Positions 1 to 10,215 of a stretch of 64,000 nucleotides of DNA are shown one piece after another; the stretch's first letter is position 1; every line of letters starts with the position of its first letter. The notes below the pieces were generated by a model. It worked only from the letters and a program-made list of their open reading frames with translations. It had not been told where the DNA came from and ran no database searches. The translations under genes and the position numbers were made by a program. The DNA lies in the IMG/VR virus record IMGVR_UViG_3300035193_000067, positions 64,001 to 128,000 of that record; one strand, written 5' to 3'. The stretch is from a virus.

Positions 1-1970
1 GAAGGAGTACCTGCTATCCATGAAGACCCGCCATCAAAGGACACTCTCAAAGTTGCTTCCAAAGTGCCTGAATTGAGACTCAGAAACCATCCTGAGATTT
101 TTAAGTCATAGCCCTCATAATCAGCAATGCCTCCAGGTACACCAAGAACCCCATCAGGAATACGTACGGAAGAATCTATAGCAGAGGATTGCAAAGACCT
201 TCCACTCAATGTAACAGACGTAGCAGCAGAATCAGTAAACCTGTAAGCAAAAGCAGGAGTAACGTCATATGAATCATGCTTATCTGTCAAAATAAAAGAT
301 GGATAAAATTCTGAGGAAGACGTACCAGTTATCGGACTAACTCTCCAGTAGTCAGGAGTCTCTACGTACCCATCCGTAATATCATCATAAACAATTACCG
401 TATCAACCTGAGTAGTCGAGGGTAGAAGTTCTCTGTTTACAGACACCAACAACCCCTGAGATCTCACAGTGTTTTCCACCAGTTTATGAAAAGATACAGA
501 GATGGTTTCTTCAGCCAGTGCTGTTTGTACAAGCAAATCAACATCCACGTAAACGTTAATGACATGACCATCTGCATCAGTTATCGCATAATACCCCGAT
601 TCTGACACAGTATACATACCCCCAAAGGATGCAGAGACTGAAGCTTTCCCGTAGAACTCGAAAACATCAAAAGTAGAGTTATAGATATACCTTACTCTTG
701 CCTCATTAACGTCATGTATATACCCTTTCGCCCCACCATTGATCTCCAAAACCTGTACTGCATTGTTAAAAAGAGAGGATGTACCCAGGTAAAGATCTCC
801 ACCATCCACACCCAGCAACTCAGAAGCTGCATTGTACTGACCACTTTCCACTTTTATCGAATTCGTTGCACGCAGTAGCAACCTGCCTCCATATACTGAA
901 GCAGTGGTAGTGTATGGAGCACCGTATCTAATATCTGAAGAAAGGGCTGTATTGATAGCACTTACCACAGTAGCCACAGAAGGAGTACCTGAAGGAATGT
1001 CTATAGAAATCACTCCTCGTGAGTTCAAGTCCAGGTACAATGTCTTATCGACACCTGATACTATAGAGTAGGAGTATGTTGAAACATCTCTTCCTGTAAT
1101 TGTTACATTGCTAAATTTTAAAGGGCCTGCTAAAAAAACCTCTCCGTCACCTGCGTAGACAGTTTGACCTACACCTCCGTCAGGACTCCACTCCAGATTA
1201 CCTGTAGAAGGATTGTACGTCAAGCTATGTGGTACAGAAGGACTGCTAAGAACATCTGGATCAGCTTTAACCAGCGTTACTCCAGTTATATTTCCTGTAG
1301 AGGTAAGAACAGAAGATCTGTCCAGGAACCTGTGATTAACCAACATGGACTGATCCAGCACCCAATTAGGACCCCAGAACTTACGAGAATAGCTCATAGG
1401 CTCCACTTGAGTAATAACAGCTACTGCCTCATTAAGTCCTTTATAGACGCCTCCAAAATTGCGATAGGAAGCTCTCAGCTGATACACCTGATCTCGGTAG
1501 GAGTCAACCCCTTGACCAGTATCCCTGTAAAAAGATAAAGGCTCTCCATAGATTTCCTGAAGAGATGTAGCATTTGCTGTATTTATTGAGATATTTGATC
1601 TTACCTGAGAAATATTATCGTCAATAATCTCCAGACAGTACGCATATGCTGCCAACCATATTGCCCAATCCCGTACAGTAAGGTATGCCTTATATACTCT
1701 TCCGGTTTGATTAGACCTGCAGGAAATGATAACTTCACCTTGGGGTATCTTTCTGGAGAAGGTAACAGATCCTCCAGAGTTGCTTTTAGCTATACCTGAG
1801 AAATTATCATTTATGTAGATACCAAATTCTGTATTAGGTTCTGTGGTCTCCAATCGTAATGGAGTTGTTCCAGATCTTAACGGTACTACTACACCAAGGG
1901 ACTCATAAAAAGGGCCTCCAACAATACTGCGAACCATCTGAGAGTATCTGTCAATTACAGGGAACGTCAT
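1..1970 (-). CDS. Baseplate wedge/tail protein (P2 gpI-like N-terminal region), partial, runs off window start
   Basis: Not in the ORF track. ATG at 1970, hand-translated MTFPVIDRYSQMVRSIVGGPFYESLG...DSYRDQVYQLRASYRNFGGVYKGLNEAVAVIT; the segment near 815-1100 is open in the same frame. Lies two genes downstream of baseplate J. Confidence 0.65.
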   Translation of the reverse strand, partial: MTFPVIDRYSQMVRSIVGGPFYESLGVVVPLRSGTTPLRLETTEPNTEFGIYINDNFSGIAKSNSGGSVTFSRKIPQGEVIISCRSNQTGRVYKAYLTVRDWAIWLAAYAYCLEIIDDNISQVRSNISINTANATSLQEIYGEPLSFYRDTGQGVDSYRDQVYQLRASYRNFGGVYKGLNEAVAVITQVEPMSYSRKFWGPNWVLDQSMLVNHRFLDRSSVLTSTGNITGVTLVKADPDVLSSPSVPHSLTYNPSTGNLEWSPDGGVGQTVYAGDGEVFLAGPLKFSNVTITGRDVSTYSYSIVSGVDKTLYLDLNSRGVISIDIPSGTPSVATVVSAINTALSSDIRYGAPYTTTASVYGGRLLLRATNSIKVESGQYNAASELLGVDGGDLYLGTSSLFNNAVQVLEINGGAKGYIHDVNEARVRYIYNSTFDVFEFYGKASVSASFGGMYTVSESGYYAITDADGHVINVYVDVDLLVQTALAEETISVSFHKLVENTVRSQGLLVSVNRELLPSTTQVDTVIVYDDITDGYVETPDYWRVSPITGTSSSEFYPSFILTDKHDSYDVTPAFAYRFTDSAATSVTLSGRSLQSSAIDSSVRIPDGVLGVPGGIADYEGYDLKISGWFLSLNSGTLEATLRVSFDGGSSWIAGTP

Positions 1971-1974
1971 ATAT

Positions 1975-2988
1975 CTATTTACCTCCACCCAACCCCTGAG
2001 ATTCCAGAACAGGAGTACGAACAGTAGTATCATCAGGTATAGTCATCTTAACATTAAACTGAGGCGAGTTTAGTATGACTAAATTATCCTCAAAGTAGTA
2101 TTCATAAAAATTGGGGCGTGTAACTGTCCCTCCTGATACCACAGATACGTCCACATAACCACTGTATGCAGCCAACTGATCTCTACCATCTCTGGAAGGA
2201 GGAGTAAGACCTCTTAAACGGTATGCTGAGACTATGATAGGATCAAACACTACCTGCTCACCAAATACCACAAAAGTCTTTAAAAGAGAATGTAATACAT
2301 TTACACCAGCTACTGCATAGGATGCAGAATTATTTGCAGAATAGTAGCGTATAGTAGCACTTGTTGTGACGAATCTTTTCGAACTGAAGAACAATGATCC
2401 GTTTCCATAAAAATACACTGAGGTACCAAATCTCAACATCCGGAAAACTGACACACCAGTTGTCCAGGAAGAACTCCAGGTATCAACCACACGACCATTG
2501 ACAACAACAGAGGCAGTAAGCTCAGTCGTACCACTGGAAGTTCCCTGAGTTACTGCAAATGAACAGTAGTTTGAAGAATCCACGTATGCTTCATATGTAA
2601 ATAAATTGACAGAGGATGAAGGGTATACACTTACGGAAGGTATGCTAACCCGTGTCTCGAATTGAAAGTTTGATACAGAGGATACAGAGGATACCCCGGA
2701 AACACTTCCAGAGGTTGCCCCTGTGTTCAGTAAAAGATTAGGAGAAGCTACAGATATGGATCCAGATCCCGAAGATATATCAGACCATTTGGCAGCGTCA
2801 AGTGTGGCATTGGTCCAGGTATCATCATACCCTTCATAACCAAAACTCTCCCCAGTTAGTACAAAACGCTGGCCGCCCGTAGAAGGACCGGATTCTACAG
2901 AAATACTGCTGAGGACAGTATCAAAACCGTAGACATCACCACCTGCCGCATAAGTACCTGCATATAAAAAGTCTGAATAAAGTCCCAT
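1975..2988 (-). CDS. Baseplate/tail-associated protein with IPT/TIG-like Ig domain and inserted beta-rich domain
   Basis: SSISVESGPSTGGQRFVLTGESFG fits the IPT/TIG start motif; Ser/Thr-rich and beta-rich; lies in the baseplate cluster. Confidence 0.5.
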   Translation of the reverse strand: MGLYSDFLYAGTYAAGGDVYGFDTVLSSISVESGPSTGGQRFVLTGESFGYEGYDDTWTNATLDAAKWSDISSGSGSISVASPNLLLNTGATSGSVSGVSSVSSVSNFQFETRVSIPSVSVYPSSSVNLFTYEAYVDSSNYCSFAVTQGTSSGTTELTASVVVNGRVVDTWSSSWTTGVSVFRMLRFGTSVYFYGNGSLFFSSKRFVTTSATIRYYSANNSASYAVAGVNVLHSLLKTFVVFGEQVVFDPIIVSAYRLRGLTPPSRDGRDQLAAYSGYVDVSVVSGGTVTRPNFYEYYFEDNLVILNSPQFNVKMTIPDDTTVRTPVLESQGLGGGK

Positions 2989-2989
2989 A

Positions 2990-4414
2990 CTAAGCCAGAT
3001 TAATAACCAGATCAGCTTCTTCTATTCTGGCATATTGGTTTTTATCAATCACTAAATCTCCAATACCTGTACCACCCTGGTAATCTAAAACGGTGTACAC
3101 AAAGTTATCAACACCATAAATCCTACCAACCTCCCTGTCAATATCAAATTCCTCCAAATTGTCGCCGAGCATCAATGAGTTGATGTACGTTTTTATGGCA
3201 CTTCTAACGTTGGCAAGGACATTTGTAGGAGATCCTGCATTTACCGTTAAAGTAGCCTCCAAGGTTACAGGTACGCGTATGGCAGCCTTAAACAAAACAT
3301 CAGATCCACGAGATTTTTTAGAGATCTGACCGAAAAATGATTGAAGCTGTGCAATTAAAGAATTATATACATACGTAATAGTGAGGTCATCTCCGATATC
3401 AGGATGATTACCACCGCTCAACCACCTTATACCATCAGATCCACGAACACTGTAAGAATACACAGAGTCTCCAGTAACAACCTCATAATCAGTTCCTTCA
3501 AAATAAGAAGCCGCAGCAGCAACTGAAGTTACTGAAGAGACAGATACCACAGGCTGCTTGTCCAGAATGTTGGTAGTGTAAACGCCATAATACTCTGTTG
3601 TATAGGATCTTGTCAAAGAAGAATCACCAAGCACCCAGGCATCAACTGCACCAGGATCCTCATCAGACCTTGTAAAGATGGTATCCCCGTCATAAACAAC
3701 AGCTATATCAGTAACACTTGAGAAATTATCCAAAACAAAACTTTTTAGACCATCAGGAGTACTTATCTGAGAGCCTGTCACATGAAGCAAATACCTTTTT
3801 GCCAGCTTATCATTAGTTTCAATACCACTGCCATCAGTTGCCGCAGATCTGTTGAAGACCTCATCAAACTCAGGAAGCGCCCTTCGCATTTCTGTAATAT
3901 TAAAAGCAGGAACTGCTGTATTGGATCCCTGTGAAGTACTTACTACAGAAACATCCAATTCATACTTACCTGTATCGCTGTTATAATACTGGCTCGCAGA
4001 AGCTGCATACATTGTCTTCTCTTCAGAAGTCTTAAACAGAATACTCCTACCTGTAGCAGCGCTTATTTTAGTTGACACAGGAAAGGAAATAGGTACAGTG
4101 ATATCAGATACTGGAGGAGTTGACCTGCTGAAAGTTACCACTGTAGAGGATCTTACCGATCCAAAGCGGATAATATTGTCATTGTACACCAGATCGTCCA
4201 CATCATCAGGTACCAGTTGATCGGCATTTTTTAAACTAATCAGCTTATTGAGATAATAAACACGATCATTCTGATTTTGCAGAACTCCTGCTTGTGGATC
4301 AATAAAAATATCCCGGTAGGGTCCTATGCGCGTATCCAATGTCCTGTCACGCTCATTGACCGCATTGCTCAGGAATGTAGCAAAATCGTCAGATGTCAAT
4401 CGTTCTATTGTCAC
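2990..4414 (-). CDS. Baseplate J-like wedge protein
   Basis: 474 aa with VTFSR, GSGIETNDKL..R, PGAVDAWV and IKTYINSLMLGD-type segments; follows a gp25-like gene. Confidence 0.85.
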   Translation of the reverse strand: MTIERLTSDDFATFLSNAVNERDRTLDTRIGPYRDIFIDPQAGVLQNQNDRVYYLNKLISLKNADQLVPDDVDDLVYNDNIIRFGSVRSSTVVTFSRSTPPVSDITVPISFPVSTKISAATGRSILFKTSEEKTMYAASASQYYNSDTGKYELDVSVVSTSQGSNTAVPAFNITEMRRALPEFDEVFNRSAATDGSGIETNDKLAKRYLLHVTGSQISTPDGLKSFVLDNFSSVTDIAVVYDGDTIFTRSDEDPGAVDAWVLGDSSLTRSYTTEYYGVYTTNILDKQPVVSVSSVTSVAAAASYFEGTDYEVVTGDSVYSYSVRGSDGIRWLSGGNHPDIGDDLTITYVYNSLIAQLQSFFGQISKKSRGSDVLFKAAIRVPVTLEATLTVNAGSPTNVLANVRSAIKTYINSLMLGDNLEEFDIDREVGRIYGVDNFVYTVLDYQGGTGIGDLVIDKNQYARIEEADLVINLA

Positions 4415-4845
4415 GCCGTACCGCCTACTGTAAAGTTGCTGCGTCTGTCTTCAGTAAACACATTTATACTCCATTCATAATTCCGAGGATCCTGGTCCGA
4501 ATACCAGACCTTGACAGTGGAAAAATCAAAAATAAGCTCATCAGGAGTACGTGTATCATACTGGTAAAATTTCTGTGCACTCTTAAGCCTGCTAAGACCG
4601 TTGTACAGGTTTCTTTGAAAATCAAAAACTGCAGGATATTGAGTGTAGGAAGAAGTATACATCATGGTATCCTCTCCAATTATCTGCCTGAGACCACACC
4701 CTAAACCGGTAGATTTCCTGATATCTGTTGTAATTACGCACTCGACGTCCTGCTTCACTTTGCTTTTGCCGGATACGTAAGAATAACCTGTACCGCCGTC
4801 TAATCGTACCATATCACCATTGGAAAACTGTAAAGTTGTTGACAT
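4411..4845 (-). CDS. Baseplate wedge subunit, gp25/gpW-like (sheath initiator)
   Basis: 144 aa, NGDM...VSGKSKVKQDV...GLG pattern; directly upstream of baseplate J with ATGA overlap. Confidence 0.65.
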   Translation of the reverse strand: MSTTLQFSNGDMVRLDGGTGYSYVSGKSKVKQDVECVITTDIRKSTGLGCGLRQIIGEDTMMYTSSYTQYPAVFDFQRNLYNGLSRLKSAQKFYQYDTRTPDELIFDFSTVKVWYSDQDPRNYEWSINVFTEDRRSNFTVGGTA

Positions 4846-4853
4846 TTAAAACC

Positions 4854-5351
4854 TCATGGGATTAAATTTCCCGCTTTCTGTGTTTGAATGTATGCTGCAT
4901 CGTCAATAACATCCAATATAGCTAACAGGAACGTACGAATACCTACCCAGTACGCAATGAGCTGATCATAATAATGAACAACAGATACAGTACTCATCCA
5001 CTGATCAGTATAAGGAGTATACGCAGATAAGGATGCATCGATCAACCCAATCAAAGGATCAGTTATGTAAGCATAGAACTCAGGGCACGCATCATCTATT
5101 GGACCTGGAACCCCACTGAGAAGTGCGGATTTAATTTCATCAATAATAGCCTGTACCTGATCATTGACCAGCTCTGCATATTTTTTAATCAGATCATACT
5201 GAGCTAAAAATGCACGAAGCTGTAAAATCTTTGCATCAATGAAAAACAACGCCTTTTCTACAATAGCCCTTAGTTTTGATAAAAGCTCTGAAGTAATGGA
5301 GTAGATGTAATTTAAAATACATTTTGCAAGAGGTTGAAGTGGTGTTGCCAT
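4854..5351 (-). CDS. Hypothetical helical protein in baseplate cluster
   Basis: 165-aa ORF tightly packed between the spike and gp25-like genes. Confidence 0.6.
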   Translation of the reverse strand: MATPLQPLAKCILNYIYSITSELLSKLRAIVEKALFFIDAKILQLRAFLAQYDLIKKYAELVNDQVQAIIDEIKSALLSGVPGPIDDACPEFYAYITDPLIGLIDASLSAYTPYTDQWMSTVSVVHYYDQLIAYWVGIRTFLLAILDVIDDAAYIQTQKAGNLIP

Positions 5352-5354
5352 GTG

Positions 5355-6653
5355 TTAAACCCCTTTCACCTGGACTGTTGCAGAACTGGATAAGGCTGCT
5401 GCCATTGCTGTAGCCCCTGCTGCTGCAGTAGTGTATATAGTCGCAGTGGCAGGGTCTGGGCTTACTGTAGGATTAGTGGACAGTTTTGTCCACGCAGCCG
5501 CTGCTGAAGTAAAGTAGGTTGTCCAGACAGTAGCCAAGGTAGGAGTAATTTTAACGAAAGGTAAGCTGCCTACAGTATTGCCAAGAGATACCATGGGAGC
5601 TAAAACATTAGCCGCAGAGGCAGCTGTGGCAGTTATTGTAGGAGCAGTTATGTTGTACGCTCCTCCCGCAGAATGAGTGGTTGCTCCTGAAGACGTGATT
5701 GTTGTGCTTAGGTTGGTTATTGACCAGGCTGCCAAAGGTGTCGAAAAAGAGAAGACAGAAGCCAATGCAGCTGTTACGAAACTGTTTCCATTACTGTCAA
5801 TAACTTTATCATGAGTAGTTAAGAGCCCCGTAATATCCTGTGAATACTCCCAACGTCTGACAGGTAGAGCTGAAGGAGATAATTTAATGAAAGATGCACC
5901 ACCTTGCTCTTCAACAACATCTCCCTGAGAAATGTAAGCAAGGTCAACAGGTCCTGTACCAGGGTTCCAGCGAGTTGCTGCAGTATACTCCTGGGCAGCA
6001 GTACCTCTGGATGAAATAATAAGACTCTCTTCCCTGTCTGTAGGCAATTGCTTACGACGGACAGCACCATATCGAATATCTGAGGCAGACGCATTGTTTA
6101 CAATTATCAACGCAGTATTGGTAATATCGTTGGTACTTTGATTGTATATAGACTTGCAACTGGTGGATCCTATAACAGCACGATCACCCAGGTATAAATA
6201 GGATCCTCTGGAGGATTTAAAATCCCAATCTCCAGGCTTCACTTCCCTACCAGCAACAGTACCCCACCCAATACCCCCTACGTCAATACTGTCTTCATCC
6301 TGTATGTCAAAGTCTTTGTAGTATACAGCAGAATATCCTAAAATGTGCACCTTGCGATTAGGAGCTATCCCAACGAGAACCATATCCCCAACCTGAGGAA
6401 TGTACCTCCCCCAGGATGCCTTGTTGTAGTTGGCAGAATCGCCTTCCAAAGGAGCGGACAATCCCAGCAAAGGAAACAGTGCTTCAGCAGTACCTGAAGT
6501 ACTTTCCATGTTCAATGAAACAGTGCCTCTGGAGATATGTACTTCAGATACTCTAGCTCGTTGTATGGAAGAGGTGGACAGCGATTGAGCATGTTCTCTC
6601 TGCTCAAAAGAACTCCTATTCGGAAGTACTGTGTTCATTCCCATGAGTATCAC
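5355..6653 (-). CDS. Baseplate central spike (gpV/gp5-like)
   Basis: N-terminal OB-fold signature ARVSEV...YIPQVGDMVLVG and a beta-rich Ala/Thr C-terminal part; follows the hub gene. Confidence 0.7.
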   Translation of the reverse strand: MILMGMNTVLPNRSSFEQREHAQSLSTSSIQRARVSEVHISRGTVSLNMESTSGTAEALFPLLGLSAPLEGDSANYNKASWGRYIPQVGDMVLVGIAPNRKVHILGYSAVYYKDFDIQDEDSIDVGGIGWGTVAGREVKPGDWDFKSSRGSYLYLGDRAVIGSTSCKSIYNQSTNDITNTALIIVNNASASDIRYGAVRRKQLPTDREESLIISSRGTAAQEYTAATRWNPGTGPVDLAYISQGDVVEEQGGASFIKLSPSALPVRRWEYSQDITGLLTTHDKVIDSNGNSFVTAALASVFSFSTPLAAWSITNLSTTITSSGATTHSAGGAYNITAPTITATAASAANVLAPMVSLGNTVGSLPFVKITPTLATVWTTYFTSAAAAWTKLSTNPTVSPDPATATIYTTAAAGATAMAAALSSSATVQVKGV

Positions 6654-9413
6654 CTATTGAAAGTAGAACTTGTAGTTCTGGTTGTCTTTGGAAGAATCTG
6701 ATACAGATCCTTTTCGTTTTTCATTAAGCTCCTTGAAAAGTGTTGCCAAGTTGAAAGGTCTTCTGCTGTCTCCAAAATGCCTGTATACCAACTGTCCGGT
6801 ATCAGGATCTATTTCTCCTGACCATGTACGTACATTATTCAGATTTACTGAGGTAGAAATTTCACTGTTCCAGGTCATAGAATGAGACATTGAAACCGTG
6901 GTACAATAGTAATTACGGTGTCCCCAATATAAAGGCCTGTTTACCATTAAACCAAACTTGGGAGTAGTCGTTATGGACAGATTACGTGCATTGGAATTTA
7001 TCTTATTGAGCTGCAATGCTGAAAATACTGCCGCTTCTTCGTTGGAGTCTATAAAGTACCACATCTCTTCACCTTCAGACTGACGATACCCCAGTGTTGG
7101 AAACAGAGTAGGATCATATACAACAACTTCTTTTCTGTACCCACTGTTCGCATCAGATCTACCCTCAACCCAATTCACCTTAGTACGATAACTCGTAATA
7201 ACCCCATTATCAGTATTAGTGTTTGAATAATCCGATTGTTCGTAAGGTTGTATTGAAAAGCATGACGAATAGTCATAAGGTATATCAGGCTTTTCTGTAT
7301 TATACAGGTTAAACGCCCCGGAATATAAAGAGAGCTCATCATAAAGCAAATTCCAGCTGGCAGTGTCTGCAGAATTAACGTTGGAAAATACTGCATCACC
7401 TCTTCCAAAAAAAGCACTGGTAGTTATGCTGCTAATCTGATCAAGGTTCTTGTCAGCAGGTTTTGCAATAACTGACTTGTTTGCCCAAAAATCTGAAGGG
7501 TTGTAATCATAAAAAGGCATTTCAAAAACAAAGTCACCTTTTGGAGTAGCATAGCAACGCCAGTCAATAGCGTCCGCCAGATCATACAAGTATGAAAGTC
7601 TGTCCTTGAAAGATGAATATACAGACCCTGCTCCGCCGAACGCACGATCAAGAGCATTCAACCCTATTACTGAAGTCAGCCCTGCAGGAGCCATGTAGAA
7701 AACTCTACCACCACCAACAGGGTAGTCCTTTATATTCGTACCAATCTTCCAGATTGCCTGATCCAGAGTAATGTCCTTGCCAGGCTCAACCAGATTAACT
7801 GCATCAACATGCATAGTCTGCAAATCAGAAACACGCACCCTGTGATGCACTACCTCATTCCAATCCCGCAAATCCTTGATAGGAATAGCACCAACGCTGT
7901 TATCTGCTGAATCAGGATCTCCATAAACATAATGATAGATCCCACTGTAGTTACCATTACGCTTAAACGCAATATGACGAGGAGAGGTAACACCTGGGTA
8001 ATCCAGAGAATTTAACTTACCACGCCTTTTAACCCTCAAATCATCAAGAACTTTGTTCTTTGCCACTTCATAGTCAGTAGAGCCTTCCACCAGCTTTACT
8101 CGTGAGTTAATTTGAGCAGACTCAGTACTTGCTGAAATGGATCTGTACCAGTCCTCCAAGGTCATTTTATCACTCTCAAGGAGGTACCTATCCAACTCTT
8201 CTTTGGATAGGTCTTTTAAATTCTCAATCAAAACTGAAGTGGCAGAATCTGAAATATTTGCTGCAGATTTAGAACCGAAAAATATTGACTCAACAATAGA
8301 ATACACTGGAAGATTGCTGAATAGTTCCTTGTCTACAATAACCCCTTGGTTGGTTGCAGTCTGAGCCCCTTCAATTGACGCTATAGGAGCCTCAGACGCC
8401 TCTGTAATACCTGTTCCTATACCTATAGTAGCATAGCGGGCCATCTTTGTTACGTCAGTAAAAGACAGCGTTAAGGTTGATTCCTTATTAACTCCAGAAT
8501 ACTCTGTAAACGTATCAAGGAATCCTGTAAAGCTCCAGTACCAAATTTGAGGATTGAAAGGATCTCTTAATGCCACCCTTACAGGATCATTTGAATTAAA
8601 GATACAGTCACCTGCACTCATTGGGTATTCATAAATTAATTTGTCTTCATACGTCAGAGCATCGTAATTCCTATTATCAGGAACAATATGTACAGTGTTC
8701 TTCATTTTACTGGAGACAACTGCCTGTTTTACCCCAAAAGGTACATCCATCTCAGTAGACAGAACATCAAAGAGACCGCTGTCTGTTATAGGTCTGTCAG
8801 AAACCAGACGCAGTCCTTCCAGTCTCTGACTCAGAGTCAGTGCATCATCTGCATTCAATACCAGAGGATTACCGGAATCATCGGTCATACCTGCAAGAGT
8901 CTGATAAATCTCTTGAGGTGACTTGTATGCCAACCGCTCCACCAGGCTCTGAAGAGTGGCAGGATCTAAAGACTTCCCGCCTAAAGGATATAATGCATCT
9001 TCTCCTGGGAGATCTATGTCAACAGACCATCTGCTGCCCTGCTGATTGACATTTACAGTACCGTTATCAGAGACATACGGATCTACATAAAGATCAATCA
9101 GAGAAGCTTCTATCCCATTAAAACCTGAAGGATTGTCATAGGTGGACGCCAAAGCGTCTTTCCAGGTACCTTGCATCTTCTGCTTAAGTACTCCTATCTT
9201 TCGCATATCTTTATTAGTCAGTATGTATTTATCGTTTGAGTTTGCCAGAGTAATAGAGCATGTGGAAGGAGCTCTCTCCAGGCTGCCGGAGGATTGATTA
9301 ATCCTGATATCAATAATATCTGCAGAAACTTCCTGACCGTAAACAAAAACTCTGGCCTTGGGAAAAGCTACCCTGTTTACAGATCCTCCTAATAAAGAAT
9401 TTACAGAAGTCAT
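6654..9413 (-). CDS. Baseplate hub protein (gp27/gpD-like)
   Basis: 919 aa; PSTCSITLAN, FTGFLD, YATPKGDFVF and terminal SMSHSMTW..STSVNL motifs; lies between tube initiator and spike. Confidence 0.7.
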   Translation of the reverse strand: MTSVNSLLGGSVNRVAFPKARVFVYGQEVSADIIDIRINQSSGSLERAPSTCSITLANSNDKYILTNKDMRKIGVLKQKMQGTWKDALASTYDNPSGFNGIEASLIDLYVDPYVSDNGTVNVNQQGSRWSVDIDLPGEDALYPLGGKSLDPATLQSLVERLAYKSPQEIYQTLAGMTDDSGNPLVLNADDALTLSQRLEGLRLVSDRPITDSGLFDVLSTEMDVPFGVKQAVVSSKMKNTVHIVPDNRNYDALTYEDKLIYEYPMSAGDCIFNSNDPVRVALRDPFNPQIWYWSFTGFLDTFTEYSGVNKESTLTLSFTDVTKMARYATIGIGTGITEASEAPIASIEGAQTATNQGVIVDKELFSNLPVYSIVESIFFGSKSAANISDSATSVLIENLKDLSKEELDRYLLESDKMTLEDWYRSISASTESAQINSRVKLVEGSTDYEVAKNKVLDDLRVKRRGKLNSLDYPGVTSPRHIAFKRNGNYSGIYHYVYGDPDSADNSVGAIPIKDLRDWNEVVHHRVRVSDLQTMHVDAVNLVEPGKDITLDQAIWKIGTNIKDYPVGGGRVFYMAPAGLTSVIGLNALDRAFGGAGSVYSSFKDRLSYLYDLADAIDWRCYATPKGDFVFEMPFYDYNPSDFWANKSVIAKPADKNLDQISSITTSAFFGRGDAVFSNVNSADTASWNLLYDELSLYSGAFNLYNTEKPDIPYDYSSCFSIQPYEQSDYSNTNTDNGVITSYRTKVNWVEGRSDANSGYRKEVVVYDPTLFPTLGYRQSEGEEMWYFIDSNEEAAVFSALQLNKINSNARNLSITTTPKFGLMVNRPLYWGHRNYYCTTVSMSHSMTWNSEISTSVNLNNVRTWSGEIDPDTGQLVYRHFGDSRRPFNLATLFKELNEKRKGSVSDSSKDNQNYKFYFQ

Positions 9414-9417
9414 ACAT

Positions 9418-10215
9418 TTACCCCAAAGGATTCATAAAAACAGAGCTTAAGTTGGAAGATACTGTCGTATAAATTGCATCCATGGAAGGCATGGAAGACA
9501 GTACAGTAAAACCGAAGCTATAACGGACATTAAAAGGAGACGTAGCATCGTCAGTGAAATCAAGAACATTGTTGAAGTGACCAATAAAAGTTACAAATGT
9601 ATTTGCAAAAGCAGGACTACTGTATGAAATAAAGTACTGAATAGGCACTTTGGTGTATGGATCAATCATCGGTTCCCTCGTGAGAGAGTACAAATTGTAG
9701 AAGTTGCTTAAACGGGCAGCGCCTGATACGCTGTAACCACCACCTTTTAACGCCACTGCCAACTGAGTAGAAGAAACACTGCGATTCTCTGCAGCAATGT
9801 TGTTTATCTCGTCTACAGCCTGAGTCTTTTCTCCAGTAATTTTGTTCCAGAGATAACCAAGAGCTTCGGAAGCCCCGTTATTAACGGTACCAAAATTTAC
9901 GCCAATATTACCAGTCTGTCCTGTAAACTCCATACTGAGTATGTCATTGTTCCGACCATCTTTATTTGTCCAATGGTAAAAGACAGATCCTGCCTGAGTG
10001 TCTCTTCTAGTAGTCCTTTTTGCCTGAACAAAATGAACAGAAGAAGGATTCATCAGCATGCTTACACCAGGGATTCCGTTAGCCTGGCGATAGCTTGACG
10101 TGAGGTAGAAAGGTACCCTTATGGACTTATCTCCGTAGGGTGACAATGATCTCTCCAGCACCATGGAAAAATCTGAAACAAGAGTATCTCTTTCAAATGT
10201 ATTAGTAACTGCCAT
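9418..10215 (-). CDS. Tail-tube-like baseplate protein (tube initiator)
   Basis: MLMNPSSV...TRRDTQAG..FYHW, FIGHFN and PFNVRYSFGFTV; follows the tape measure genes. Confidence 0.65.
   Translation of the reverse strand: MAVTNTFERDTLVSDFSMVLERSLSPYGDKSIRVPFYLTSSYRQANGIPGVSMLMNPSSVHFVQAKRTTRRDTQAGSVFYHWTNKDGRNNDILSMEFTGQTGNIGVNFGTVNNGASEALGYLWNKITGEKTQAVDEINNIAAENRSVSSTQLAVALKGGGYSVSGAARLSNFYNLYSLTREPMIDPYTKVPIQYFISYSSPAFANTFVTFIGHFNNVLDFTDDATSPFNVRYSFGFTVLSSMPSMDAIYTTVSSNLSSVFMNPLG

Noticed and set aside
1164-1538. 124-aa plus-strand ORF
   Set aside because: Lies opposite the long minus-strand baseplate gene (1..1970) that the track missed.
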